The position numbers and the translations under genes were made by a program. Below, one piece after another: positions 48,201 to 60,856 of a DNA stretch of 64,000 nucleotides. How positions within the stretch are numbered: the stretch's first letter is position 1; every line of letters begins with the position of its first letter. The stretch covers positions 310,001-374,000 of the forward strand of contig NIVC01000506.1 in assembly GCA_002269645.1 (NCBI GenBank), read 5' to 3'. Origin of the DNA: Macrostomum lignano (taxonomy: Eukaryota). A model generated the notes under the pieces. It was not told the DNA's origin and ran no database searches. It saw only the letters and a program-made list of their open reading frames with translations.

Positions 48201-51200
48201 GGCCTGTGGCTGGAGGGGGAATTGCTCAGATGGCCTGTGGCTCAGGGGGAATTGCTCAGATGGCCTGCGGCTCAGGGGGAATTGCTCAGATGGCCTGCGG
48301 CTCAGGGGGAATTGCTCAGATGGCCTGCAACTTAGAGCGCATTGCTGAAGTAGCACAAGGTTCAGTTCGGGAGCCTTCAGAGAGACAATCAAATATGGCA
48401 AAATATATAAAAATCATTCCATCAAATCTGGTCAATTTAACGCACCTGCTGCCATTCGTAGCTGCGAATAATATTCCTAGAGTCCACGTCGCCCAGGTAC
48501 AAAATAACATTCATCTGCGGGGCCCAGTTGGCGAATTCCCGCTTCCAGCCAATCACGGTAGACAGCGGCACAACCAATAGGAACGGGCCGTAGATCTCGT
48601 GCTCGTGGAACAGCACAGATAGGAAGCAGATGGTCTGGATGGTCTTGCCGAGGCCCATCTCGTCGGCTAGGATGGACGAGTAGCCTCTGGTCCAGGAGTG
48701 ATAGAGCCAGTTCACTCCGTCTAGCTGGTAGTCCCGGAGTCGATTCTCGGCGTTTTCGGGCGACATGTACTTTGGCTGCGACTTCAGCTGGCGAAACTTT
48801 GGCCGATATTTCAACGCCTGGTGGCAGGATCAGCAAAGTTTTTTACCTCAGGGGCTAGAGAGAACCTAGCGCACGACTCCGGTCCGGACCAAAGGAGGGG
48901 AAAGAGAGAGAGGACAGATAGGAGAGGAGACATGAATAAAGGATAAAGGAATAGAGGAGAAGAGAAGAGACAAAGTAGGACAGGAGAGAGGAAAGGAGAG
49001 GAGAGGAGAGAAGAGAGAAGGGAGGAGAGGAGAGGAGAGGAGAGGAGAGAAGAGGAGGAGAGGAGAGGAGAGGAGAGGAGAGAAGAGAGAAGGGAGGAGA
49101 GGAGAGGAGAGGAGAGGAGAGAAGAGGAGGAGAGGAGAGGAGAGGAGAGAAGAGAGAAGGGAGGAGAGGAGAGGAGAGAAGAAGAGAAGGGAGGAGAGGA
49201 GAGGAGAGGAGAGGAGAGGAGAGGAGAGGAGAGGAGAGAAGAGAGAAGGGAGGAGGAGAGGAGAGGAGAGAAGAAGAGAAGGGAGGAGAGGAGAGGAGAG
49301 GAGAGGAGAGAATAAGAGAAGAGAGAATGGAGGAGAGGAGAGGAGAGAAGAAGAGAAGGGAGGAGGAGAGGAGAGGAGAGAAGAGGAGAGAAGGGAGGAG
49401 AGGAGAGGATATTAGAGAAGAAGAGAGGGAGGAGAGGAGAGAGAAAAGAGAAGAGATAGGAGACTATTAGAGATGAGAGCTGACAAAAGAAAAAAATTCA
49501 ACGGGCCGGATTGCTATTGTAAAGTTTTAAAGGACCCGAGGGTCGGATAGAGGCTTAGCGGGCCGGAGTTGGCCGACCGCTGCTCAAAAGTGTTCTCATT
49601 TAAATTCTTCAAATCAGCAGTATACTACCTAAAGTGTGTACTCCTTTGTTCGCGGGATATTCTCAATTTATTCCCAAACGACTGGCAGTAGAAATACAAA
49701 AGTACAACATTTACTAAAGCATGCTACAGTTCGAGGACGCTCGCTAACTTCTGTATTATACCGCAGATCTCAGAGTCAAAATTTAGAAAAATCTGGTAGA
49801 AACTCCAAAGCCAAACCTTGCAGTTCCTATTCGGCAGAGTCTGCGCTTTCAGGCGGGTTTCGTACTCTTCAACTGCGCTTAGAAACAGCTTAGTAACCAG
49901 CTGGCCGTCCTCCCAGCTGCAATCGGAGTAGGGCAGGCCGGCCCATTTGCAATAGTAGTCTGAGTAGCCGCCGGCTGGGGCCTTGGAGTGCGCCACGACC
50001 CGCTCCACCTGGCGGTGCTCAGCCAGCAGGTTCTCATTCACCTCCTCGTGGTAATTGAAGCTCTCCAGCTCCTCCGGGGTGGCCGTCTTCTTCCATTCTC
50101 TGATTTCTTCGATTCTCTGCTTGAAGTTCACGATCTTCTTCAGGCCGTCAACGCACTTGTGCGCCAGACTGTCCATGGACTCCCAGGTGTTGTGCAGGTG
50201 CGACCAGCCGCGCCACTTGATGAAGAATTGCACATCGCCATCCTCCTGGCTCGGGTCGAAGCCGTCGTTGGGATCGCGCTCCTCCAGCACGTTGTAGAAT
50301 GTGGTCTTGTCCCCGGTGGCGCCCTGGGTGCGCAGGTTGGAGACGGGTGGATTGGGGTGGGGTGGCTGGGGGATTGGGGTGGGGTGGCTGGGGGATTGGG
50401 GTGGGGTGGCTCGGAGATTGGGGTGGGGTGGCTGGCAGATTGGGGTGGGGTGGCTGGCAGATTGGGGTGGGGTGGCTGGGAGATTGGGGTGGGGTGGCTG
50501 GGAGATTGGGGTGGGGTGGCTGGGAGATTGGGGTGGGGTGGCTGGGAGATTGGGGTGGGGTGGCTGGGAGATTGGGGTGGGGTGGCTGGCAGATTGGGGT
50601 GGGGTGGCTGGGGGATTGGGGTGGGGTGGCTGGGGGATTGGGGTGGGGTGGCTGGGACATTGGGGTGGACAAATAGGTGGAGCCGCCCAGAGCGGCAGGC
50701 TGTTACCTTGCGGCCAACCCGATAGTTGAGCACCCGCTCAATGCCTTCAGCATCCTCGGTAGGCGGCGCCAGGAAGTCAGAGTGAGAGAGCCGGGCCTCC
50801 ATCTCCTCCTGCGACGGCTCGCCGGCCAAGTCGGGCTCGTTATCATTGTCCGAGTCGTCCGAATCGCTGCGGGAGTTCGAATGAGCGCAACAGGTGAGCA
50901 TTCGAGGTGGATGAAGAGAGCTAGAATACAAAAGTCACGACAGGAACGGCGAGATTGACTCGTGCTCAAAAAAGGTTGAATGCGGTGTTTAAAAGTTTCT
51001 ACAATAGAAGAGTGACAATAAATCCGACTGCGATTTCGTACAGTTCAGTCAAATAAATCAAAGCAGTTGGCTATAAGGATAGAGTGTGCATAAAATAACG
51101 TGCGAGAGCTTAGCAACTGCTGATTAATGTTAATATAACTTTAACTGACTGTTACCTAATCACAGCAAGATACTTTAAGGATTGCATACTAACCGCTACC

Positions 51201-53693
51201 AACTTTGCTTAACCTGCTAAAAAGGATTTTTTAAAAATCTGTCAGGGCAAATTCCTGATCCCCCATGATAGCTCCGCCGCCAAGGATCAGAACAGAATTG
51301 CTAACCGCCACCAAGAACGCGCAGTGCCGCTACCAGGTAATGAGCTGCTACAGGTGAACTACAAGAGCATTGCCAACCGAAAATAGGCGCTAAGCCAGAT
51401 GGAGCTTAAATAAACACAATAAGCGTAGTAAAAATTGCGGATACAATCCAGATACAAACAGAGAGACAACGCACGGCACCTCTTTTGAGCAGTCTTGGCG
51501 CCCAGACTGTGAGAAGAGAACTTTCTCAGCGGCCTCAGAGCGGCCTCGGAGGCGCCCCTGCGGTGGGTGACAGAGGCTCGGGCTGCATTGTACAATCCTG
51601 CATAATAAACCAGCATATTGCAGTACCGCATGCCCCAGCATGTGGCACCGGGGTTGCGGATGCCAAGTTAGAAAAGATTTTTCACCTGGTCTCCGGCCGT
51701 TTACCGGCGCCTCGGGTCCCCGCTGCCTGGCGCGGCGGAGCGTCCGTAGCCGTCCGCAGCATGGGGTGCAGCTTGTTGCTCGGCTTCAGCTGGCCGCCAC
51801 CGGATGATCGCTGGCCGTGCTGCTGCTGCTGCTGCTGCTGCGACCTGCGCGGCGCCGCTGACTCTGCCACGTAGTCGCCGTCATCGGAGCTTGCATCGAC
51901 CTTGGCATCTTCGCCAGACGACGACAGCTCTCTGTAGCTGCGCACTCGGCCGCTGCTACGGCGTGACGACCGGAGCTGCCGCTGCTTCTTCTGCGATTGC
52001 GCTGAGGCGGCGCTGCCACCTCGCCGGCGCTTCCTGGCCGCGGCTGGTGCCGGCAAAGACGAGGAAGACGAAGACGTGGCGTCGTCGTCATCGGAGGACG
52101 AGCCGGCGGCGGCTGCCGAGTTCAAACGGCTCGACGAGCCGCCGTCGTTATCGTCGCTAGAGTTGGCGCCGTTGTCTTCGTCCGACAGGCTGAAGGTGAC
52201 GCCACTGCGCCTGCGCCGCTTGCCGCCGCTGGCTGAGGCGCTGCCGCGGCGTCGCTTGCGCTGAGCGAACAGCTGCTGCTGCTGTGGATGCGGGTGCTGC
52301 GGGTGGCCGCCGCCCGCCTCGTCGCTGTCCTCCTCGTCCTCGTGCCCGACGGCCAGCCGGGTGGGCTTTTGGCGGCTGCGTCCGGACCGGCGGACGCCCC
52401 ACAGCTCCGGGTCATCTTCGATGGCCGCGCGGAGCGACTCGCCGCCACCGCTGAAAGCGAAACAAGTGAAGGAGAGCGGAGCGCTGGAGCTCAGCCTGAG
52501 TCTGGTAGCAATATCCCCACCCATCAGTGATATCCCCACCCATCAGCAATATCCCCACCCATCAGTGATATCCCCAACCATCAGTGATATCCCCACCCAT
52601 CAGTGATATCCCCACCCATCAGTGATATCCCCACCCATCAGTGATATCCCCACCTATCAGCAATATCCCCACCTATCAGCAATATCCCCACCCATCAGTG
52701 ATATCCCCACCCATCAGTGATATCCCCACCTATCAGTGATATCCCCACCTATCAGCAATATCCCCACCCATCAGAAATATCCCCACCCATCAGTGATATC
52801 CCCACCCATCAGTGATATCCCCACCCATCAGAAATATCCCCACCCATCAGCAATGGCAGCACACAGAATCGAACCCCAGGGGTCGTGGCGCGACGCAAGA
52901 GCCAGACTGCTACTCTGCCCAACAACCCACTCATCAGCAATGCCCATCCATAAAGATGCAAGTCCTACCTGCCAGAGCCAGTCCTGCCGGCCCGCTGCTG
53001 CTTAACAGGAGCAGTGTGCCTTCTCTGATGCGGCAGGCGCTTGGAAGACTCCGAGGTTGATGAGGCAGCGGCTGGGGAGGAGGAATTGCTGCTGGCATCC
53101 CCAGTCTCCTCCAGCTGCTGCGGCTTCTGTTCATCGTCGCTGTCACTGAGGCGGCCCCGGCGCTTGCCGCCACTGCTGGCAGCTTTTGGCGCCGGTTTCG
53201 CCTTCTGCTGCTTCAACTGCTGTTGCTTCAGCTGCTGGCGCTGCTGGCGTGCTCTGGTGGCGCTCCTACTGGCTTCTGAATTACGGTCAGACTCGTCTTC
53301 TGAAGAGCTGCCAACTGCTGCTGCTGGGGGGCCGCCAGCTGATGCAGAAGCTGACCCAGCTGATGAAGCTATGGCTGCTGCAGCTGCTGCTGCCTCTTCA
53401 TCACTAAAAGTTTTGGTTATTCATCAAGTTAGAGCTACACAGTTGACTAGAAATGTATCAAAATGCAGCTGAATTTTGATTGAATTGAATTGAAAAATTG
53501 AAAATAAAAAACATATTTGCTTACTCATCTTCTTTCTTTTCTGTGTCCCCATGCTTGCCAAACAAATTTGGATTAAAGTCAGCGATATCCAGCTGTGGAA
53601 AAATATTTTCAAATAATGTCATTATTAATAAAGCAATGAACAACATAGATTACACCAGAAAAAACTGAAGACAAAAAAGCTTACAAGGGACAT
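42244..53693 (-). CDS. CHD1: Chromodomain-helicase-DNA-binding protein 1/2, ~1785 aa, 13 exons: 53693..53685, 53592..53525, 53403..52969, 52450..51686, 50866..50707, 50323..49817, 48817..48446, 47634..47180, 45627..45154, 44988..44631, 44293..44051, 43856..43285, 43183..42244
   Basis: All introns are GT-AG with matching phases. [16 protein letters not shown]-terminal motif; double chromodomain (GRKGATG...[15 protein letters not shown]; [17 protein letters not shown]); SNF2 ATPase ([51 protein letters not shown]); SANT-SLIDE DNA-binding domain; C-terminal helical domain ([10 protein letters not shown]...LWTFVSYFT). Confidence 0.95.
43905..44040. repeat. (CTGA/CTGC)n microsatellite in a CHD1 intron
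   Basis: Direct. Confidence 0.9.
45008..45092. repeat. 21-bp repeat x4 in a CHD1 intron
   Basis: ggatgtttagcttccggttg[a/g]. Confidence 0.85.
45670..47115. repeat. 23-bp minisatellite (gatttatgcgagattctcaggta), ~60 copies, filling a CHD1 intron
   Basis: Period measured directly (45781 to 45804). Confidence 0.98.
47690..48330. repeat. 30/31-bp minisatellite in a CHD1 intron
   Basis: ggggaattgctcagatggcctgtggct(c/gg)ag units. Confidence 0.95.
48890..49480. repeat. Polypurine (GGAGA/GAGAA)n tract in a CHD1 intron
   Basis: About 590 nt of nearly pure A/G on the + strand. Confidence 0.97.
50346..50668. repeat. 22-bp G-rich minisatellite (attggggtggggtggctgggag) in a CHD1 intron
   Basis: Period measured directly (50461 to 50483). 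Confidence 0.96.
52505..52855. repeat. 19-bp minisatellite (atatccccacccatcagtg) in a CHD1 intron
   Basis: Period measured directly (52682 to 52701). Confidence 0.95.
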
Positions 53694-54999
53694 CACAGCT
53701 TCTTTAATGGTTTAGTGTATACTCTGAAATTGAAATCATTTTTAGTGAAAATAGATAATGCATTACCAATTAAAACAAAGAATAAATCAATCTAAAAGAC
53801 TCAAAAACAGTTTAAAGAATATAAACAAAATATTTAAAAGGCAATATGTTGTAAGTAAAAGAGGAAAGAATAAAAAATATTTATCCTAAAAAATTATGGC
53901 ATAGATAAAATATATACCAAACAAAAATATTTTCTTTTTATCCTTAAAAAATCCTATGCATATCATTGACAGCTTAAAATATGTTATAATTGTATTTTAT
54001 TATAATATAGTTAAAAATATTAATACATAGTATACAATGTCACAAAAGTTTGTTTTAAAAAATATCCAACTATTCAGGTCTACATAATAGTTTTATTTAT
54101 AGACAAAAATATTTATGTATATACTAACTTTTAAATATAATATAATATAATTTATTTTAGTAAAATCAAAGTTTAAATGATCATATTTAATAGAAACAAA
54201 AATATTTTTAAAACTATTATACAAAGTTGAAAATTATTGTTCAACTTTAAATTAGGCCCTCATATAAATAGGGCTTACATATTGACATTTTAATTGTCTT
54301 CTTAAACTAGGCCTACTATAATAAATATAATAAATTCTATGAATATATTATACATTTATTTTCTACATATTGTCTTGTATAATAACTAATGTTAAATGGT
54401 TTTTATGAAAAAATGATGTATTAAGAATAAAAAGTTTTAATACTAGGGTCTAAGCATGAATTTATATTACTATACCATTATCATATTAAACCAAAAAGAA
54501 ATTATTGATATATCAATATCTATTATACTGACTAAAAGAAAATTAACCATTTTGGTTGTAAAGGGATTAGATTTATACATATTGCATTTCTTTTTCATAT
54601 TTATTTTAATTTTAAGTCCTATAAACCTAGCATATAAATTAGCTTTGAAACCTTTAGTTTGAAAGTCAACTCCTAAATAAATTATACGCTAGTTTAGACA
54701 AGAACCAAAAATGAAACAATGTATTGAAACAATAGATAATTATTTTCTATTAAAACAATGAAAATACTAAAAATGGATTAACACAGCAAAACACTGTATA
54801 TTAATTCTTCAAAATGATAGGCCTCATAGTCATAGGCAACAAAGGCCAAAAAGGTATGACTAGGCGACTAGCCCATGTATAATTAAAACTAGGCCCTAAA
54901 AATTTTAAGTTCTTTATGCTTAGAGTTTAGACAGGGGAATTTTTTAGGCATTCCACTAAAAAAAATAATGTGACTTACGAAAAATAATAATAGGCTAGG

Positions 55000-55950
55000 C
55001 CTACCTAGACAAGTATGGAGTTTCTTACGCCAAAGTGTCGAACTCAATCAGTAATTAAACGTTGCATCATTTTTAAAAATGTAAGTGACCAAAACATCAT
55101 GAGTAGTTTCAGCAAAACTTACTTGAATTGTAAAGTATTAATGAACAGCTCCTTCCAGCAAGAACGTTTCTTAAATAACGAAAAAACAACAGGAGAATCT
55201 CTCAAGCATACAACTGACAACTAAAAAAACGTATTTTGCCGAAGTCTAACATGCTGAAGCAACAATTAGTTTACTAAACAGAAACAATCGTAATTAATTC
55301 TAAGGAGATTTAGCCTTTCTTTGAAGAAAATTGTATGTGACAATTGGTACTTAAATACATCAGTTATTTTTATTTGTTAAACTATTTTACTCCTTGCGTG
55401 CCGACCTCCGAGACTTATAGTAAATAATCCCTATATTATTTTTTGATATATGTCGAGAATCGCTTATGCTACCCAAAATTACCAAAAAGTATTGGTAAGA
55501 AAATTCATATTGTAAGTATTTTGTATTATTTCTTGCTATCGTGGAGTCCCTTGAAATATCTTTCTTCTTTCTACCTTTGTACGTAGGTTTTTTATTTGTA
55601 CCGACCTTCTTGAAAGTAATGTACTTACGAACAAAAAAATAAAACAAATGAGCGGACAATAAATAAAAAAAAACTGTGTAGTACAGATGCCCGTTAGCTT
55701 ACTTTTTTTTATTTAGTTTTTGAATGCTGAAAAAGTTAGAATGCGATAAAGAAATTGGTTTATCTATTATGAACTTATTAGTCGTACTAAGTTTGAACAG
55801 AGTAAATTCGCTAGTATTTAAATCAGAGAGTGTTGAGTGTGTTGATATATTTCTTTCTCGTCTGTGTCTCTCTCGGTCTCCGTGTATTATAATTCAAAAA
55901 TGAAACTTGTAGACACGTGCAAGTAGAGCTCTTATGTCCTGCAGGTTGGT
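55000..55950. promoter_or_regulatory. Putative shared (bidirectional) promoter zone of CHD1 and the PAF-AH gene
   Basis: CpG-retaining patch between two CpG-poor AT-rich flanks, located between divergently oriented genes. Inference only. Confidence 0.3.
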
Positions 55951-56854
55951 GGCTCAACAAACACAGGTTTTTGATCCGGTTGGGGCTAAAGTTAGGATAA
56001 ATGCAGTTTCAGCCAGTTCTTCTGTTCAGTTTTACAATAAATGAATGTCAAATGAGAATGAGATACTGTTAATGAGGGATATAGGTTGAGAAATTTGTCA
56101 TTTTTTTACTCTATTACTCTAATATAGTACATAAATGATGGGGGGACTGTTGTGATAAAAGTTAAAATTATTAAAAGTTATAGGAAACTTATTTTAAGGA
56201 TTTTTAGCTATGGTCCAAATGCTTGTATATGATGCAGATTAAAATGGCTATAAGAAAAAAGTAAATATGGGTATGCATATTTTACTATATATAGAAATGG
56301 TCCCTTTGACATCTATAGGCCTAGCCATCTTTTAGTGTTAATTTTAGTTATATTATTATTAGTAGGCCAGGTCCTAGTTATTAACATCTAAATTAACTAT
56401 CATTTTCATTTTATATATTATGCAACTATAACTTCGAGTCTATTTAGTATATATAAAATTAAATTAATTTGTAATTAATCAGTAAATATATGACCAACTT
56501 CAAAATTACATCTAGCTTGTTAGCCATATTACTTACTTTTTAACAAAAATGCAACTTATCTCTAAAAGAAACCCTAATGAAAAAAATTAACTCTAATTTG
56601 GTTAAATGGTCAGAGTAACTGTGACTTTATTATTAACACTAAATGCTTTGTCATCTAGTTAATACTATGCCTGTATTTTTCAGGTTGGCATTTTTTGCAA
56701 CTTACCTTAGCTATAAGTCAATATGTTTATAGTCAAAATAGTCATAATTATTTACTTTAAACAATTATATAAATAGTTTTATATTGTGTAATATATAGTA
56801 TGTATACATGAACTTTATAAATAGCTCATATTTTCACTTTTTTTCATATTCTAG

Positions 56855-59800
56855 GTGCTCTTTGAACCAAGTGGACCCCACCGGGTTGGGGCCATGGACC
56901 TGCTGACCAAGCATGGCAAGCCTGGGGTACTGATGCGTCTCTTCTATCCTAGTGGGATTCGAACTCCAGACCATGCTGTTGAAGGGGTGCGCAGCTACAC
57001 AACGCCAGAGTGCATTCAAGGTGCCCTGGCCGCAATGGGCCACAGCTATTGGATCAGCACCCTGCTGAACTGGGGCTTCTCCATGCTGCGCCTCCGCTGC
57101 GACTGGCGAGCTGAGGCTGCTGGCGAGCAGGTGAGAGCTGAATCCCGACGAAGACAAGAAGCTGGAATGACACAAATTTAAATATTGTTCAATGAAAAGG
57201 GTGAAAGTTTCAGCTCAATTGCAATCAAGGCCCTGGTAGTCACCCAAGGACTGCTAAATCAAACACCTGAACGAAAAACAGCTGCTGCAATCCGTCAGTC
57301 GGGTCTGAAATAATTTGGCCAACAGAAAATGAGTTGAGCATAGAAAACTGCTCGAAGACTCAACCCCTCTGCTCTTAGCAGCCAAATAAACCGAGGTCGC
57401 TCAAAAGTTTTATTGTTCTCACAATCAAGGTGTGGCGTAAATACGTTTATTAATCTTGTGGCGAGCCCAGCTTGCTTGTTGTGTCAAGTCTGCTGCGGGC
57501 ACGCGTTGAGTAAGTTTAAAAATAGCTCGAGACTAATGCGTGACATTCTACTGTCGTCAGTAGTTGCGTTTGCACACAGTGAATGGAGAGAGTGAAGTCT
57601 CTTGAATCTGCCTCTCCTCACCGCTCCAGTCCTTGAGAATCTGCCTCTCCGCCCCCCAGTCCTTGAGAATCTGCCTCTCCGCTCCCCCAATGCTTGAGAA
57701 TCTGCCTCTCCGCTCCCCCAGTCCTTGAGAATCTGCCTCTCCGCTCCCCCAGTCCTTAAGAATCTGCCTCTCCGCTCCCCCAGTCCTTGAGAATCTGCCT
57801 CTCCGCTCCCCCAGTCCTTGAGAATCTGCCTCTCCGCTCCCCCAACGCTTGAGAATCTGCCTCTCCGCTCCCCCAGTCCTTGAGAATCTGCCTCGCCGCT
57901 CCCCCAGTCCTTAAGAATCTGCCTCTCCGCTCCCCCAGTCCTTGAGAATCTGCATCTCTGCTCTCCCAATGCTTGAGAATCTGCCTCTCCGCTCCCCCGA
58001 TGCTTGAGAATCTGCCTCTCCGCTCCCCCGATGCTTGAGAATCTACATCTCCGCTTCCCCAGTCCTTCAGAATCTGCCTCTCCGCTCCCCCAGTCCTTCA
58101 GAATCTGCCTCTCCGCTCCCCCAATGCTTGAGAATCTGCATCTCCGCTCCCCCAGTCCTTGAGAATCTGCCTCTCCGCTCCCCCAATGCTTGAGAATCTG
58201 CATCTCCGCTCCCCCAGTCCTTGAGAATCTGCCTCTCCGCTCCCCCAACGCTTGAGAATCTGCCTCTCCGCTCCCCCAGTCCTTGAGAATCTGCCTCGCC
58301 GCTCCCCCAGTCCTTAAGAATCTGCCTCTCCGCTCCCCCAGTCCTTGAGAATCTGCATCTCTGCTCTCCCAATGCTTGAGAATCTGCCTCTCCGCTCCCC
58401 CGATGCTTGAGAATCTGCCTCTCCGCTCCCCCGATGCTTGAGAATCTGCATCTCCGCTTCCCCAGTCCTTCAGAATCTGCCTCTCCGCTCCCCCAGTCCT
58501 TCAGAATCTGCCTCTCCGCTCCCCCAATGCTTGAGAATCTGCATCTCCGCTCCCCCAGTCCTTCAGAATCTGCCTCTCCGCTCCCCCAATGCTTGAGAAT
58601 CTGCATCTCCGCTCCCCCAGTCCTTGAGAATCTGCCTCTCCGCTCCCCCAATGCTTGAGAATCTGCATCTCCGCTCCCCCAGTCCTTGAGAATCTGCCTC
58701 TCCGCTCCCCCAATGCTTGAGAATCTGCATCTCCGCTCCCCCAGTCCTTCAGAATCTGCCTCTCCGCTCCCCCAGTCCTTCAGAACCTGCCTCTCCGCTC
58801 CCCCAGTCCTTCAGAATCTGCCTCTCCGCTCCCCCTAACCAACCCAATTTCCGTCGTTTCTGCTGTCTTATAAAAAACTGAAAATGCTTGGCGATACGAA
58901 GTTTCAAACTAGTGAGACATCCCCCTCCTCTTCCCCCCCCCCCAGTCCAGCATCTCAACCAATTGAGGAAGTCACTTGCAGGTTGCCTTCACCCGCAGCT
59001 GCCGGCAATCGTGCTGTCTCACGGCCTCGGCGGCAGCCGGCACCTGTACTCCTCGCTGAGCCTCGAGCTCGCCTCCCACGGCTTCGTCGTAGCGGCAGTC
59101 GAGCATCGCGACGGTTCGGCGTGCGCCACCTTCTACGCGGAGCCGCCGGCCGACGAAGGAAGCCGCGGCGATGGCCCGGAAGCTTCCCGGGTCAGCTGGC
59201 TGCCGCTGCAGCGGGCCGCACTGGACGATGTGCCGCTGCGCAACGGCCAGGCGGAACAGCGGGCAGCCGAGTGCCTGGAAGCTGCCGAGACTCTCTGCCT
59301 GCTGACCAGATCTGGCAGCGCGGAGGTGTCCAACCGGATGCCCGACAGTGACTGCGGATCGGATGCGGACGCCAGGATGTTGGATCAGTTCAAGGTCCGT
59401 AGTGGCTCAGTATTGCGAGTCGCTCCAGGGCATTTGATGTCTCACCAGGGCATTGGGTGTCTGTCTCTCCAATGCATTGGGTGTCTGTCTCTCCAGTGCA
59501 TTGGGTGTCTGTCTCTCCAGTGCATTGGGTGTCTGTCTCTCCAGGGCATTGGGCGTCTGTCTCTCCAGGGCATTGGGTGTCTGTCTCTCCAGGGCATTGG
59601 GCGTCTGTCTCTCCAGGGCATTGGGTGTCTGTCTCTTCAGGGCATTGGGCGTCTGTCTCTCCAGGGCATTGGGCGTCTGTCTCTCCCGGGCATTGGGCGT
59701 CTGTCTCTCCAGGGCATTGGGTGGGCATCGGGTCTCTCCCAATAGGCTGACTTGACCTCACACGACCTCTAATCCTGTTTGCAGGGTCGAATTGACGAGA

Positions 59801-60561
59801 AGCGAATTCACCTGATGGGCCATTCGTTCGGCGGCGCCTCCGCTCTGACCGCCTTGTCGACGGCACCCACCGGACTGTTCAGGTGAGCTCGGGGAGACTT
59901 CTTGCCGCAGCGTTTAAAAAAACTCCGTCCGGTGCCCTTCTACACATAAACTGCTCCCTGATTCGCATGCAGGACCTGCACCCTGATGGACTGCTGGATG
60001 CTGCCGGTCGGTGAGCAGCGCTACTCAGGTTTTGCGCCCCTGCCGGTGCTCTTCCTCAACAACGACAGCTACCACTGGGAGACCAACGCCAGGCGGCTGG
60101 AAACCGTCATGGCTGGCATCGCCGACCCGGAGCTCAAAACCTGCGTGTCGATTCGGTAAGTCTGCATCTGCTGCTGATGGCAGTGTGGGGTTGGTGCTGA
60201 TGGCAGTGTGGGGTTGGCGCAAAGGTGCTTACTGGAGACCTTAAAGGCTCCCTATGAATAGAATTGCAAATAAACAGCAGTAGTTGACGTCGATTTCAAC
60301 TCCGTCTGTGGCCGCAGAGGCACGAACCACCTGGCTCAGATGGACGCCGGGTTTTTTCTGTGGCCGCGGCTCGCCCGGCGGATCGGCCTCTGTGGCGAGA
60401 AGCCCCCGGTTGAAGCCACCATCCTGACTGCCGACATCTGCAAGGCTTTCATAGCCAAGCATGAGGGTGAGGACTGCATTTTTCCGATATGTATCGAAAG
60501 TATTGCATGAACTTTCACAGAAAAGGGCTGGTCTATTTTCTGTCATTCTGTAAGTGTCTGT

Positions 60562-60622
<61 letters not shown>

Positions 60623-60639
60623 TTCTGTTTGTCTGTCTA

Positions 60640-60678
<39 letters not shown>

Positions 60679-60856
60679 TAGTGTTTGGCTGTCTGTCTGT
60701 CCGTCAGCACAGAATGACCACACTGACCAGAGCAGCCCCAATCTCCCAATCTCAGGAACTGCTCTGACGGAGTTGCAGCAGCGGCTGCTCAGCGGAGAAG
60801 ACGCTTCCTGTTTTCCGGGGCTGTCGTGGCACCCGGACACTGGCCGGCCGGGCTGA
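56855..60856 (+). CDS. PAFAH2: Platelet-activating factor acetylhydrolase (PAFAH2/PLA2G7-like), ~417 aa; exons 56855..57130, 58999..59394, 59785..59882, 59973..60155, 60318..60466, 60708..60856; start codon unresolved
   Basis: SGPHRVG..DL, RLFYP, LSHGLGGSR..YS....ELASHGFVVAAVEHRDGSA, nucleophile GHSFGG, catalytic Asp (LMDCWMLP), catalytic His (GTNHLAQMD). All introns are GT-AG in matching phase. Confidence 0.9.
57600..58835. repeat. 31-bp minisatellite (cttgagaatctgcctctccgctcccccagtc), ~40 copies, PAF-AH intron 1
   Basis: Period measured directly (57721, 57752, 57783). Confidence 0.98.
59440..59735. repeat. 24-bp minisatellite in PAF-AH intron 2
   Basis: ctccagggcattgggtgtctgtct units. Confidence 0.95.
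60555..60700. repeat. (TCTG)n microsatellite in the last PAF-AH intron
   Basis: Direct. Confidence 0.95.

Noticed and set aside
53525-53693. Spliced-leader AUG as the CHD1 start codon
   Set aside because: A cis micro-exon ATG TCC CTT|gtaagc at 53693-53685 splices in phase 0 over a 92-bp intron and explains the start.
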